Origin: Negaprion brevirostris
Taxonomy: Eukaryota
Assembly (NCBI GenBank): GCA_030324005.1
Contig: JARDVH010000084.1
Coordinates: 93,050,417 to 93,114,416, forward strand
Direction: 5' to 3'
Length of the DNA: 64,000 nt
Part shown: piece by piece, positions 39,735 through 53,900 of the stretch
Layout: each line of letters starts with the position of its first letter
How positions within the stretch are numbered: position 1 is the first letter of the stretch
Notes under the pieces: generated by a model
Seen by the model: only the letters and a program-made list of their open reading frames with translations
Databases searched by the model: none
Told to the model about the DNA's origin: nothing
Made by a program: the position numbers and the translations under genes

Positions 39735-42069
39735 NNNNNNNNNNNNNNNNNNNNNNNNNNNNNNNNNNNNNNNNNNNNNNNNNNNNNNNNNNNNNNNNNN
39801 NNNNNNNNNNNNNNNNNNNNNNNNNNNNNNNNNNCCCCCCCTCAACCCTAGTCTCTCTACTTGATCGCCGGTAGAATATTTCTGACGTGGTAATTATGCC
39901 TCCAAAATTTCTGATGACGAAGCAAATTTAGTTTATCCATGGCTCCTCTATTACATCTGCTATGTCTGGAAAGTTAAAAGAACTCTTAATCAATGTCGCC
40001 AAATGTTCGACTTCTTTAAAAAAAAAAAATCTGTATCATACCTGAAAACCCAGTGTCCAGAAATATTTCGCTGGCAAACGTTATGAGTTTTGAATCAGAT
40101 CTCAGGTATCGTCAGAAATTTTGACTTTGCTACAGATTGAACTGATTTTTTTATCCAGCCGCAGTGTCTGGCAGGTATAGAAATGTATGACTTGTTTGAT
40201 TTTGCCTTTATTTCTTAACAACATGTTGGGGCTCCGTTAAACAAAAACAATATTTTTCTTAATCTATTCTTACATCTATTTTGTGAAATACTAATACAGC
40301 GTGTATTTTCCTTTCTGAGTTTCCATTTTGGTTTATTGTAAAATCCTTGATAGTTGCACGTCGTTATGAAGCATTTTTGAGACCACAAGTGCAATTAAGC
40401 CAGATATGGTTGGGACAGGCAGTTGTTTCCAAAATTCTTCTTCGGCCTTGAATTTATTGAAATGAGGGTTATAGAAACGTACAGGGAAGAAAGAGACATA
40501 CACGTTTGGAGAGACATTAGGTAATTCAGCCCGCCGATCTCACTCCGCCATTTTATACGATCCTGCATGACTTCCGTCTCATCTGTTTTTTCCCCATAAC
40601 CCTTTATCCCGTTTTTGATCAAATATTTACGTATCCCATTCTTGAATCTATAAACTGACATTCACTTCCTTCACTGTACTCATCACTGAACTGAAAATCT
40701 GAGGGTAAAAACACAACTGCCAATCACTCAGGTCTGTTATCCGAAAAGAAAACGTAACTCATTTGTTTACCTTATTGTTTCTCCTAAAATTAAATACTGC
40801 ATAAATGACTCGAAGAAATCCAATAGCAAATAAAAAAATGAAAACAGGTAGCACTCCAATGCGTACTTGAATGAATTTTGTTTTTTGGCATGTGTCACCA
40901 GATATTCATTATTTAGAACGCCATCAATAAGTTTTGGTTATTTCATGCTTCTTTAGTAGTTCGCTTCAATACCTTATAACTTTTTTGTCTCCTTCCAGTT
41001 CTTTTTATGTCAATAAATAAAGAGGATGGGCGGCTTGCGATTGTCACAGCGAAATATGATTCTTTTTTTTTATCCTTGCAGAACTGTGACATTACAAGCA
41101 GAGACTTCACAGGAGGGATTCAAAATGGTGTTGCATGATGTAATTTGTAGGGGGATGCATGATAAGTGAGAAATTTGTGATTGGGTGCGATGTTCGAAGG
41201 CTAAGTATAAGTTGCATTAGTTCTGGAGATTTTTCTCATCACTACAAAATTGCCATATCAGGAAAGTATCTTTTAACACGTAAAGCGTCGTGGAGGCTAT
41301 TGTGGAGGTCAACAAGAAAACCTCGTTAGGCCGCATTTGTTTTTAATAAGAGGGCACAGGAGGCAGTTAGTTCTCATCCAAAGATAGATATCAAAGAACA
41401 GGACGGACGAGGTACATAACAAAACAAATATAGTAGGATGTAAGTTACGGTTAGATACAAGCATGATGAGAGGAAGCACAATATGGAATCAGCTAAAGAA
41501 GAAATTATCAGGTCACTGGATAAGTGTATGTGATTAGCCTGGTAGATACTGCAGTTGACGTTAGTAGAGGGAGAAATGATACGTTTCCCAGTGCCATATT
41601 CTGTGAAGAAAACATGATGACATACTGTTACATATTTTCATCAGGCGAAATTTATTTTCAATTACAAGTGATGCAGCTCTTTCTAAATAATGCATATACA
41701 CCCAGCTTTCATTGGAGGCAATATTTCAAGAGTTTCAAATTACAGATTCTTCAATCTAAATTGAGCTGACTCACAATCGTAGGCTGAAGCAAAGTGTAAA
41801 TATGAATGAAATTGGAAGGCACAACATAATTAATTCGAGTAACGAAACGTAATTTGTGCAGCCAAAATCGAAAAATGATGAGGAGAAATTTGAGAATTCA
41901 GAAATTCGTTTTTTATTGAAATCCGAGGAACATATTCAATTCCGGGCAACCGCTAAGTTAAAATAATATGAAGATGTAGCAGGCCGTTTGTGGAGAAAAA
42001 GGATGAGGCATTTTAAAAGATGGGGTTACGTTATGACGGACAACATAGCTACTGAGTAGATACTGGCAA

Positions 42070-43115
42070 TGGGCCAACAGTGCTGCAGGCACGGGGCAGT
42101 CTTCCCTCACCCTCAGTCTGCAGTCAATAAGGATGGACAACAACCCGCCTCTCTGATCATCCTCAACAGCGGTGCTCTACAAGGCTGTGCCCTCAGCCCC
42201 ATGCTACACTCCTTGTACACTTTTGAGTGTATAACCGAATTCGAGCTGAATTTGGTACACTATGTGCACCTTTGAGACTATAACCAAATTCCGCTCCGAT
42301 TTGGTTTTCAAGTGTGCTGCTGCCACCCGCTTTGTGGATTAGATTGAAACATTAAGAAAGGAAGTGCAGGAAAGAGTTAGAAAATCTGGGAAACTGGAGC
42401 GATGACAATTACGTTTCCCTCAAGGTCAGAAAAACGAAGCGGACAATCATCGATTTTAGGATGTAATGGAGGGCAAGCTACTGTCTACAGCAATGGGGCG
42501 GAAGTAGAAATGTTCGTGAGCATCAAAATTTTAGGCCTCCGGGTCACCAGCAACGGGTTCAGTTCCCTCCATGACGACGCTATAATAATGAAAGCTCACA
42601 AATGTCTCTACTCAACGAGGAGACGAAACAAATTTGGCACGACTCTCATCAAGTTCTATTAATGCAACGGAAAAAAACATTCCTCATTGTAACACAAGAA
42701 ATTATAACGAGTCGAAAATTAAGCAAAGCCTTTCATTAAAACAAGCCTCCGATCCATTGACACTGTCCAAACTTCCCACTGCTTCATAAAGACAGTCAGC
42801 ATATTCAAAGTTTTCAAGCACCCCGGACATATTCTCTTCCAACTTCTTTCACCGCGAAAAAGATACAGACGACTGAGATCACGTATCAACATAATCTAAA
42901 ACAGTTTATTTATCCTGCTGCCACCGGACTTTTAAAAGGACCTACCTCGCGTGAAGTTGATCTGTCTCTACATCTAAGCTATCACTATGACCTACATTCT
43001 GCATTATTTCCTGTCATTCCATATGTACTTTTTGCATTTCCTCTGTAGTGCAAGCAAACATACCTTCCCCTGTACACTGTGTGTGACAATAATCAATCGA
43101 ATCAAATCAAATCAA
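42070..43115 (+). mobile_element. Degenerate Rex1/Babar-type LINE
   Basis: LIILNSGALQGCALSPMLHSLYT and an aatca-repeat tail at 43090-43115. Confidence 0.75.
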
Positions 43116-45343
43116 CCGATAACTAGACAGCTCGGACCATCACTGGACTGAGTCACAACTGCAAGATGGAAATATCTGAGGATATTATAGTTTGTGATGA
43201 AATACGTGACATGGCATTGAAACAATGATTAATTCCGTTAAGAACGGCATAAAATAGTGATCAATTGATCTTGTAATTGAACAGATTTCTCCTTCATGTT
43301 GGAGGGGTTGTTTCTGGGAAGAGAGGAGCGTGCAGTGTGCAGAANNNNNNNNNNNNNNNNNNNNNNNNNNNNNNNNNNNNNNNNNNNNNNNNNNNNNNNN
43401 NNNNNNNNNNNNNNNNNNNNNNNNNNNNNNNNNNNNNNNNNNNNNNNNNNNNNNNNNNNNNNNNNNNNNNNNNNNNNNNNNNNNNNNNNNNNNNNNNNNN
43501 NNNNNNNNNNNNNNNNNNNNNNNNNNNNNNNNNNNNNNNNNNNNNNNNNNNNNNNNNNNNNNNNNNNNNNNNNNNNNNNNNNNNNNNNNNNNNNNNNNNN
43601 NNNNNNNNNNNNNNNNNNNNNNNNNNNNNNNNNNNNNNNNNNNNNNNNNNNNNNNNNNNNNNNNNNNNNNNNNNNNNNNNNNNNNNNNNNNNNNNNNNNN
43701 NNNNNNNNNNNNNNNNNNNNNNNNNNNNNNNNNNNNNNNNNNNNNNNNNNNNNNNNNNNNNNNNNNNNNNNNNNNNNNNNNNNNNNNNNNNNNNNNNNNN
43801 NNNNNNNNNNNNNNNNNNNNNNNNNNNNNNNNNNNNNNNNNNNNNNNNNNNNNNNNNNNNNNNNNNNNNNNNNNNNNNNNNNNNNNNNNNNNNNNNNNNN
43901 NNNNNNNNNNNNNNNNNNNNNNNNNNNNNNNNNNNNNNNNNNNNNNNNNNNNNNNNNNNNNNNNNNNNNNNNNNNNNNNNNNNNNNNNNNNNNNNNNNNN
44001 NNNNNNNNNNNNNNNAGGGCTCAGCAAGGCATTAAGCCTCATATTTTGGGACAGCATGTGGGTTCCTGGTGTGGAACCCAGAAGAGAGCGTTTTGCGCCC
44101 GGGTGTGCAGGCTTCCGTGGGTCTGCAAGTTCCTTGCACCCTCGTCCGATCCAGCCCCATGTCCCTGTACCAGTGGGAAAGAAGGGAAGACAAATATCAA
44201 AAGGACAACTGACAAGTGTTGCCGTAGCTGTGAGAATGAATGGAGAAGTTCAGGCTCCTTGAGAAGCAGAACATCAAGTCATTTCATCCGCATGTTGTTC
44301 GCCAGGGAAAGGCAATATTAAAGGGAAGAAAACCAAAATCTTTCTCATTAATTTCCATATAAAAATAAATATGTGAAGTGCAACTTTTCATAAGCGCACC
44401 GCCGTGTCAATTCCGCCCGCCCCCAGCCAGCCTCCCCACCCCCACCTTCTCCAACGTCAGTACCCTGCCCCTTGCTGCTGCAGTTAGTACGCTTAGGCTG
44501 AGAATGGAGAGAAGGGCTAGAGAATAGCTAAATCTATATGGTCCAATCACGAAATTCTGCCCATAGTGACACTCATTTGTCGCTGATTGTCTCAACGACA
44601 ATTGCTGTCCATGCTGCTGGTTTTGCATGACAGTAGGTCTAAATGAAATTGGCTCCGACACAGCGGTAACTTCAAAAAATAAAGAGGACTATTACAGTTA
44701 TAAATCTCGAGCCGCTCTTTGGGGTGAGCGAGTTAGTGACGCAGAAGAGCTAGCTCGCTTCCTCAGAAACTAATGTTAACGCATTTAAGCGTAGAGTTGT
44801 GACAAAACCGTCCTGGCCCTTGAGACGAAGCTCCAAAGGCTTTTAACAATGCCATACGCAGGCTGCCTCCAATCACCTATCAAGCTCTCGGCTTCTGATT
44901 GGGGTAGAAGGAGGCCGGGAAGTTCCATCGGCTTTGGAGAGAGATTCTTACTTGGTCTCGATCTGAAAAATAATAACATTTGGCCGTATCCAGAATGCTA
45001 TTCCGGAAGCCAACGAAGGTAACCCGGAGGGTTTGCTGAGCAGTCCAGATGGGTTTCAGCATTGCACTAATACCAACCTCCACGAATCAGCGTTGTATAT
45101 AAAGATGCAGGAGTACGTTGGCCCCCTTCATATTCCACTCAGATCTCGCAATTTTACGTTTATTTTTCATGGTTAGTAACAAATGCGCGGCACACCGTAC
45201 TGCCTACACTGAGTTACCTTTTAAGTGGTAACGTAAGGGTTTGCATGGTAAAACGTATGTAAACGTTTATGTTGTAACAAAATTACTGAATATTATTCAC
45301 AGAGCTCAAAAAAATCAATTTCTGTTTTGTCTCCTGTAAGTAC

Positions 45344-45370
45344 CTCTCTCTTTATATCTTACGTCTTCTT
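45344..45370 (-). CDS. 27-nt phase 1-1 microexon (EEDVRYKER)
   Basis: cacaacag|AAGAAGACGTAAGATATAAAGAGAGAG|gtactt. Confidence 0.85.
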
Positions 45371-46219
45371 CTGTTGTGATAAAACGAAGACATATATTAA
45401 GGCTGGTGTCAGATGTGTTTGACAGTAATTCAAAATAAAGTGTATCTAAAATATGTTGAAACCTCGATGTTTCATTTAAATTACGTTTTTTTCTAAAATT
45501 ATATTGAGAGTATACTTTAATTTATTTGACCCTGTACCGAGACATTGAGAAGTTCGTGATCATACATCATCTTTTCTAGTTTATTGTGGACTACTTCTCA
45601 GAGTACAATTTCGACAGTGTAAACTCTCCGCTAACTTATTGAGAGAGGAGGGTACATCTCATGCAAGGGTTCATTTTATTGGATAACCACCTCCTTCCGT
45701 TATTTACTATTTAAATTGCCTTCCGCCATCACTAAAGTTGTTGTAAAAGTGTTAGAAATAATCAAGTTGTCTTCTCGTTAAAGTAGCAAATCGAGTATTG
45801 TGGGGCCTTTGACCTCGTTTGCTATTGTGCAGTTTTGTCTTGCACGCTGTAGCAGATATGTTTGAATTCACATTATCGGTAGCATGGAGGCCAGTTCCAG
45901 AAAATACTTAGCAACAGCATTTGGCGATTAGGGATCTTGAAACAAAGATGGATGGACACGGTTAGAGGAATGTCAATGAGAAAGAGGAAGAGGCAGCAAA
46001 ATTGGAACACTAATGTTGAGGAGCACTAACTAAATTGACAGGTAGCTGAATAGTGAGCCATACTTTCCACTTTTAAATTGGCGTTTTATTTAATCGAGCC
46101 TTGTATAATGCTTGCATTCACTAAACTCAGTAGCTTGGCAAGTTAAGTTATTGTGCATAACGACAATCAGTCGAGGCAAATTTGTTAAACACTGCTGAAA
46201 TGTTAGGACACGTTAGGAA

Positions 46220-46610
46220 ACATAGGAGCATAGAAAATAGGAACAGAAGGAGGCCCTTTGGCCCTTTGCACCTCTTCCACCATTCAGCACGATCCTGCCT
46301 GATCATCCAAATCAACAACCTGATTATGCCTTCTCCCCATTACCTTTGATCCAATTCGCGCCAAGTGTTATTTCTAGATACCTGCTGCGTAGATTCAAGT
46401 TCCTGGTATCAACTATTTCAATGTGGTAATGAATTCCACAGGCTTATCACTCTTTGGGTGAGGAAATGTCTTCTCATTTTCGTCCTAAATCAACTACCCG
46501 AATGCTCATACAGTAAGCTCTGTTTTGCACCACCCCACCATTTGGGGACATCCTCTCTTCATCTATTGTGTCTAGTCCTGTTGGAATTTTCTAAGTCTGT
46601 GTGAGATGCA
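46220..46610 (-). mobile_element. CR1 3' fragment (paralogous copy at 39280-39435)
   Basis: aacataggagcatagaaaataggaacagaaggaggccctttggccc... at the same position at the ends of units 1 and 2. Confidence 0.75.
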
Positions 46611-46764
46611 GTATAACATTTTCGATCAGCTACTGGCCCGATGTGTCCAGATCTTTGCCAAATGAAATGGAGGCAATTTTGATTCATAATTCAGGAGAAA
46701 TTATAAGATAAAGGCAAAGAAAAGAAAAAAAAATGTAAGTTACTGTCCTATACAACTTCCTCAC

Positions 46765-46800
46765 CGGCTCTTCGCACGTCATCCTTTAGTTTTGGCAGAT
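46765..46800 (-). CDS. 36-nt phase 1-1 microexon of coiled-coil repeat gene (DLPKLKDDVRRA)
   Basis: tttcttctttcttccctcag|ATCTGCCAAAACTAAAGGATGACGTGCGAAGAGCCG|gtgagg; strong polypyrimidine tract and donor. Confidence 0.88.
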
Positions 46801-46993
46801 CTGAGGGAAGAAAGAAGAAATACATCTTGTTACAGGCGAAGTTTTATGTGGCAATTCCGAAAATAGGTGCATTTGCCGNNNNNNNNNNNNNNNNNNNNNN
46901 NNNNNNNNNNNNNNNNNNNNNNNNNNNNNNNNNNNNNNNNNNNNNNNNNNNNNNNNNNNNNNNNNNNNNNNNNNNNNNTTGCAACAAAGGCAT

Positions 46994-47021
46994 AAAAAAG
47001 CCCCGAAATGGGGCATTTTTT
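46994..47021 (-). terminator. Bacterial-style intrinsic terminator in a gap-flanking fragment (probable contaminant)
   Basis: Minus strand aaaaaatGCCCCatttcGGGGCtttttt, 24 nt after a TAG at 47039-47041. Confidence 0.45.
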
Positions 47022-50000
47022 ATAATGATTAATAAAGGCTAATGAATAGCAGTCACAGAAATGACCCTGACGGTACCATCGTCTTTAGTGTCGGTTCCCA
47101 CAACATCTCGGACGCCAAAGATTTTTTTTGTATTTGCTGCATCATCCGAAATGGAAAATCCAAATCTTGTCATATTGAATAATGTTAACTGCAGAAGTGT
47201 AAATGAAATAAAAAAATCTGATCATCTTCTGTCCGAATTTCGTTCGGCATATTTTCTTGACTCACTTGAGGTTAGCAATAATAATTGTAATTTTTAGACT
47301 GACGTTGATGTAAAACTTTTCACACACCAGTTAATGAAATAGCAACGGGTTTTAAAAAATTATCTTATTAAAATATGTCAATAATGGAACGTGAAACTGC
47401 TGACAAATTTTCTCAATCCTATCACAACTCAATGCGAGATATTACCTCTAGATCCAGCTTCTTTTGTTCAATTGCACCAGAGAAAAATCTATGAATAGAC
47501 TAAGATATCGCTCCTACCTCCCTGCGATGCATATACACCAAACATACCTTGGCTATACTTCAAACTACACGAGTCACTTTTTTGGTCAATGGGATGTTTC
47601 CCTTGCCTCCCGCAGTAACTTGAGATAGGTTACATCGGTAGCGGGGTCTTGCCTACCTTAATGCGATTTAGGATAACCAAAACAAACTCAATGTTCTTTA
47701 GAGCACCGCCGCTCTGATTCCTGGCCTGAACGTCAGACATGTTCTCCTATTTGGTGAATACAATTATGCCTTTTTTTTTATTACTAATTTCACCCACTTG
47801 CTGTGGCATCACGCATTCCTCCTTCCATCGTCCATGAGTGGGCCTATTCTTCCTGCTGCTACCCGCTTGCTCCTATTATAGACATAAAATGTCTTGGGGT
47901 TCTCCTTTACCCTGTTTGCTAAAAAAAATATGGCCACGTTTAGCCCTTTCTATTTTTTTCCCTAATTTATTGCCTACTTTCTTTATAATCGTCAACGGCT
48001 TCGGTTCACTCAGACGTTCCCCTTTAGTTTGATCACCATTTGATCGCCTGTAGGATGTTTCTGGCGTCGTAATTCTGCCTCTAATATTACTAAGCTCTAA
48101 TCGAATGTGTTGTACCATTGATTCCTCTGGTGTATCTTCTGCGTCCGGAATATAATGTTAAATGAATATTACTCAATCCTCACTTGAAAAAGAAATCTCA
48201 GTAATTCCCGAACAACCAGTGGCCAGAAATGTTTCGCTGACAAACTTTCTCCTATTTGACAGTCACCTCTGGTATCATCACAACACATTTTTCATGTTCC
48301 TACAGGTCAACAAAATGTTATAATTGTCTTCAAGCTAAGTGTCAACCATACATGCATATGGTCCGAATGTTCCCCTTTGCTCTTACTGTCTACCTAGTTG
48401 GAGCTCCGTTGAAAACAATATATTTCATCATCCATTCTTATTTTTCTTTGCGAAATATTAATACAGCATGCATTTCCATTTCTAACGTTATATTTTAGTT
48501 TATTGTAAAACCCTTTATAATAGAACCTACTTATTGCACATTTATGCATCGTAAGTGGCATTAAGTAACACGTGGTTAGAAGAAGTAATTGAATTCCTGT
48601 TCATCATTGAATTTAGTGAATTGAGGTAACAATTGCCACCACAATCCACACTAGGAACATAGCAACACAAGAATTAGGAACGAGAGTAGATAGTTCAGTC
48701 CTTCGAGCCCACTTTGCCGTTCCATATGAACATGGCTGGTCGCCATCTCGTCCTAACTCGGTTGCTTTGATTTTTTTTTCCCGACAGCCCATTATCACTT
48801 GTTGATCTTTTTTTTCTCTCTCTTGACTCCCTAGTCTTGCGTCCTTCACGTTAATATTCGTTGAACTGACGGCCTAAGCGATGCAACTCACAGCCTTTCA
48901 CTCAGACCTGTTTCCCAATAATAAAATGCAACTCATTTGATTTGCCTCCTGTTTCACCTGAAACTAAATGTGGCATAAACGATTCTGAAGAATGCCAAAC
49001 CCACAAACCTGATGCACTCCAATTCATATTTGAATGAAATCTATTTTTTTTTTGCTTATGTCACCAGATATTCTTTATTTTTAACATCATAAATAAGTTG
49101 TGGTTCTCCAAGCAAATGTGTTTGCTTCAAAACATTAAGATGTTTATTGTGTTCTTCCCGCACTTTGATAATGATGCAAGAGCATTTAAAATTTAATTCT
49201 TACGCTTCTATAATATCAGATATTATAAGGGATCAAAAGTTGTCATGTCAAAAATATCCCTAACATGTTCATTTTTTAGACTAGCTATATGTTTTAATAA
49301 TAATAAAATTAACTTATGATATATCGAGTAGAAAATATAGAGTAAAGACAACAATGTCTAAAGAGTATAGAGTAAAGAGCAAAGCGAGCTCTTTTCTCTA
49401 CCAATGGCATTTGAATGGAACAATAGCTCGTTAACATATTGTATGACAATGAACCACGAATTCCACTTTGACCAAGACACGGCTTCCATCAAACTGATTC
49501 TTGCAACATTATTTTGTTACAGATGATAACATACTTAACATAGGAATGCACTCTTAACTAATCCAGCACACCATGTGGTAACATTCTGACAGCTGATGGT
49601 GTCCTTCAATGAGACAACAGTTCAAGCGATGTCAATAAAGGAGGATGCACAGCTTGCCATTAGCACAATTAAATAAGATTTTTTTTTTAACCGTTGGCAG
49701 AACTGTGTGTTTACTCATAAGATGCATTTGCCTGATATAAGGGATTCAAATAGTGTTGTATGAACGCTTGACACTAGATTTGTAGGCGGATGTCTTAATT
49801 ATGGGTATATTAATAATTGGAATTCCGTGATTGGTTGCAAGTTTGGAAGACAAAACAAATGACTTGGATTATTTTTGCAGATTGTTCTCATCACTATAGC
49901 ATTTACGTGTGAGGCATGGACCATTCAAAACAGCAAAGCAGCACACACAGTTGAGTGAATGTCAACACGAAATTTTCATTTGGCTGTTTTTTTTTCTAAT

Positions 50001-50919
50001 GAGGTTGAATGGGAGGAATCTAGTTCTCATCCCAAGAAAGAGGTTAAAGAACAGATACGAGCGGACACATAATAAAATATAGAAGGGCTCAAGTTTTGTT
50101 TAGACCCAAGCATAATGAGTGGAAGTATGGAGCCTACGATTCTGAGAGGGAAGTACAATATGGAATCAGCTGATCAAATAGCTACCACTTTAATAGATGA
50201 TAATTGCGTGAATCAGCGTGGCAGCTTCTTCGGTTGACGTTGGTGGAGTCAGAAATGATATGTTTCAGAGCATGGCATTCCGTAAAAAAAAAAGACAAGA
50301 CGATATGGTGTTAAGTATTTTTAGCAGTCGATGTATATTTTCAATTACAAGTTNNNNNNNNNNACAAGTTATGCAGCGGTTTCACAAATAATGCATATGC
50401 ACTAACTTGCAATCGTTGGCAATATTTCATGAGTTTCACAATTCATTGTATTAAATCTGGATTGATCTGTCTCACAGTCGGAGACAAATGCAACGTTTAG
50501 ATGTTAACATAATTGAAAGTCGCAACATAATTGTTTTGGGTAATAAAACATAATTTGTACAGAAAAAAAAACGTAAAACGATGTGGAGAAAATCTGAGAC
50601 CTCATAATGTCGAAATCTACCTGACACCCAAGTAAATAATTAAATTCACTGCAAAGACTAGAAGAAAACAATATGAAGGTGCACCATGTTGGTTTTCGGA
50701 GAGAAAGGGTGAAGTATGCTACAGTAGGTCTTTGACATGAAGAGAAACAGAAATGTTGTGTGGGATAATGACAAGTTGACGATAGTACTATAGGCACAAG
50801 GACATATTGTTCTAAGCCACACACCGTATACAGTAAGGATAGACACACCATCTCCTCATCCTCAACACTGGTGTTCAGCAATCCTATGTCCTCAGCCCCA
50901 TACGTTACAACAATACACA

Positions 50920-53900
50920 AAGAACAAATAACAAATAAAGTTACAGCACAGGCCCTTTGTCCCGTCAAGCCTGCACCAGTCATGTTGCCCGTCTGAACTA
51001 AAGACATCTACTCTTCCCAGAACCATGTCCCTCTATTCCCATCATATTAATATATTTGTCACTATATGGTCACTAACGTAGCTGTTTCAAATACTTTCCA
51101 CTACAGCGCCTTCCAGCCACCCACCACCCTCTGTATGAAACATTGGCCTCTACATTTCCTTTGAGCCTTACCCCTCTCACCCTAAATCTGTTTCCCCAGT
51201 ATTTGACTCATGCACCCTGGGAAAAAAGCTTCTGAGTATTAACTCTGTCTCAGCCACACATAATTGTGTAGACTTCTCTCAGGTCGTCCGTCAATCTCCA
51301 TTGTTCCAGTTTGAAAAAAACAAGATGCTTCAATCTCTTCCCATAGCTGAAGTCCTCCATACCAGGCAAATTCTTGGTAAATCTTTTTGTACCGTCTGCA
51401 AAGCTTTCACATCCTTCTGGCACTAGCGCAACCAGAATTGAACACTATATTCTAAGCGTGGCCTAGCTAAGGTTCTATAACCCTGCATCAAGACTTGTCA
51501 ATGTTTAAACTTAATGCCACATCCGTTGAAGGCAAGCAAGTCTATGCCTTCTTTATTGCCTTCTCCACCTGTGTTATCTCTTTCAGTGGTCTGTGAGTTT
51601 GCAGACACATATATATTTCACGTAGCAAAAGTCCAAGACTCTTCTCTGAGGAATGCTACTCATCACAACCCTCCATTCAGAAACACACACATTTCGACTG
51701 TTTCCCTTTGTCTTCCTCGACCGAGCCAGTTCTGTATCCATTTTACTACATCACCTCTAGTCCATTGCGACTTCAACTTCTATACAAATCTGCCATGAGA
51801 GATTTTGTCAAGGGTTTTGCCAAAGTCGATATAGACTAGATCCGCTGTCTAACCATCATCAATAAATATTCTTTGTCACTTCGTCGAAAAGCACAATCAC
51901 GTTAGTGAGACAAGATCTCCTGTGCATAAAACCATGTAGCCTCTCGCTAATACGTTCACTTATTTTCGAGTGGGAGCACAACCTACCTTGAAGGCTATTT
52001 TCCATAAACATCCCTATCACTGACATAAGGCTCACTGACCTGTAAGTACTTGGGTTATCCTTGCTACACTATTTAAACAAAGGATAATAATTAGCTATTC
52101 TCCAGTCCTCTGTGACTTTCTCTGTTACCAGTGAGATTACAAAGATTTCTGGCAAGGTCCCAGGATTTTCCTCCTTTGCCTCCCACATTATGCTCGGGTT
52201 GATCCCATCAGGTGCTGGGGACTTATCTACCTTAACGTTTTTCAAGACCGCTAATACTTCTCCCTTTGATCTCAATATGACCGACACTCTCTACACACCC
52301 TTCCCAGATTAACATATAACAAGTCTTCCTCTTTGGTGAATACTGGCACAAAGTACTCAAGTAAGTCTTTGCCCATGTCCTGTGGTTCCACGCATATATT
52401 CCCTCCTCTGCCACTGAGTAGATCAACTTTCTCCCTGGCTACCCTCTTGCATACACTATTAATAGAGAGAGAGAGATGCTGATTTGCTCTCAAACGTCTG
52501 CCCACAAACTACATTCTTCAATTCTTTCTTAATATTATTATAATTAGCTTTCTCCCAATTTAGTATCTTCACCTGAGGACTACAAGTATCCTTTTCAATC
52601 ATTGCCTTAAAGTTTACTGAATTATGCTCACATTACCAAAACTGTTCACCGACTGAAAAGTCGATCACCTGGCTGGGCTCATTCACCAATACAGCCATTC
52701 CCGATTTGGACCATCTACATCCTGTTTCAGGAATCCTTGCAGGTTACACCTTCCTGCCCCATCGACGCCCCTAGCACGAAATGAGTCCTAGTCAATGCCA
52801 GGAATATTAAAACCAGCCACCACAATCATCCCAGGTTACATTTACAAATTATGAAAACCTGCCTATGTATCTCTTCCTCTATCTCCTGCAGCCTGTTGGG
52901 AGGCCTAGACTAAATTCCCAACATTGTGACTACGGCCTACTTATTCTGGAGCTTTACCCATATTGTATTGCTGTATGCCTCCTCTGCCATATTCTCCTTA
53001 ACGAATAGTGCAACTGCCCGACCCCTTTACGTCGGCTTCTACCCTACATGAAACACTTACATTCTGGAACGTTAAGCTGCCAATCTCTTCCTTCTCATAA
53101 CCAAGTCTTTATAATGCCAACAATATCATAATCCCAAGTGCTAATCCAAGCTCAAGTTCATCTGCCTTAACTATTAAATCTCTCGCATTGAACAACTGCA
53201 CTTCAGTCCACCAAAGTGTCTCTGATCAGCGACCACACCCCTTCTGCTGTTCCTGTAAGTCATACTGGCCCTACTCTTTCGTTCTCTTTCACATAATTCA
53301 AATTTGCTTTTGCTCCCAAGTTAGCTTAATCTTTCACATTTGATACGAGCAAGCCTCCGTGCCAGAAATTTCTCCCTACTTCTCCACCACCCCCCCCCAC
53401 TTCGCCCCACACCTCAACCCCACTGTAGATGTAACCCGTTTTCTTGTAGAAATCCCACCTATCGCGTAAGAGATCTCCATTTTCCAGACATGTGAAACCT
53501 TCCGTTTTATACCAGCTGATTGATTGATTGACTTATTGTCAGAACCACTAACATGCAGTATTGTTTATTGTGCGCTATACAGACAAAACAGACCGTTCAT
53601 ACAAAAGGGAACTAGAGAGAGCAGAATGTAGCGTTACAGTCATCGCCAGGTGTCAAGAAAGATCAACTTAATGCAAAGTAGGTCCATTCAAAATCTGACA
53701 GCAACCGGGAGAAAGCTTTTCTTGAGTCAGTGACTGCGTGACCACTGCCTTTTATATCTTTTGCCCGATGGAAGAAGGTGGAAGAGAAAATGTCCGAATG
53801 CGTGGGATCGTTAATTATGCTGGCTGAGAACACAGCCTTGTAGTGCACCGGTCTTGAGGATGATCTTGGATGAAATGTTGTTGCCTATCCTTACTGATTG

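Larger units (their letters stand above)
39835..46340. repeat. Tandem segmental duplication unit 2 (left end lost in the gap at about 39735-39834)
   Basis: 39860-40400 matches 48050-48620; remaining blocks collinear with units 1 and 3. Confidence 0.85.
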
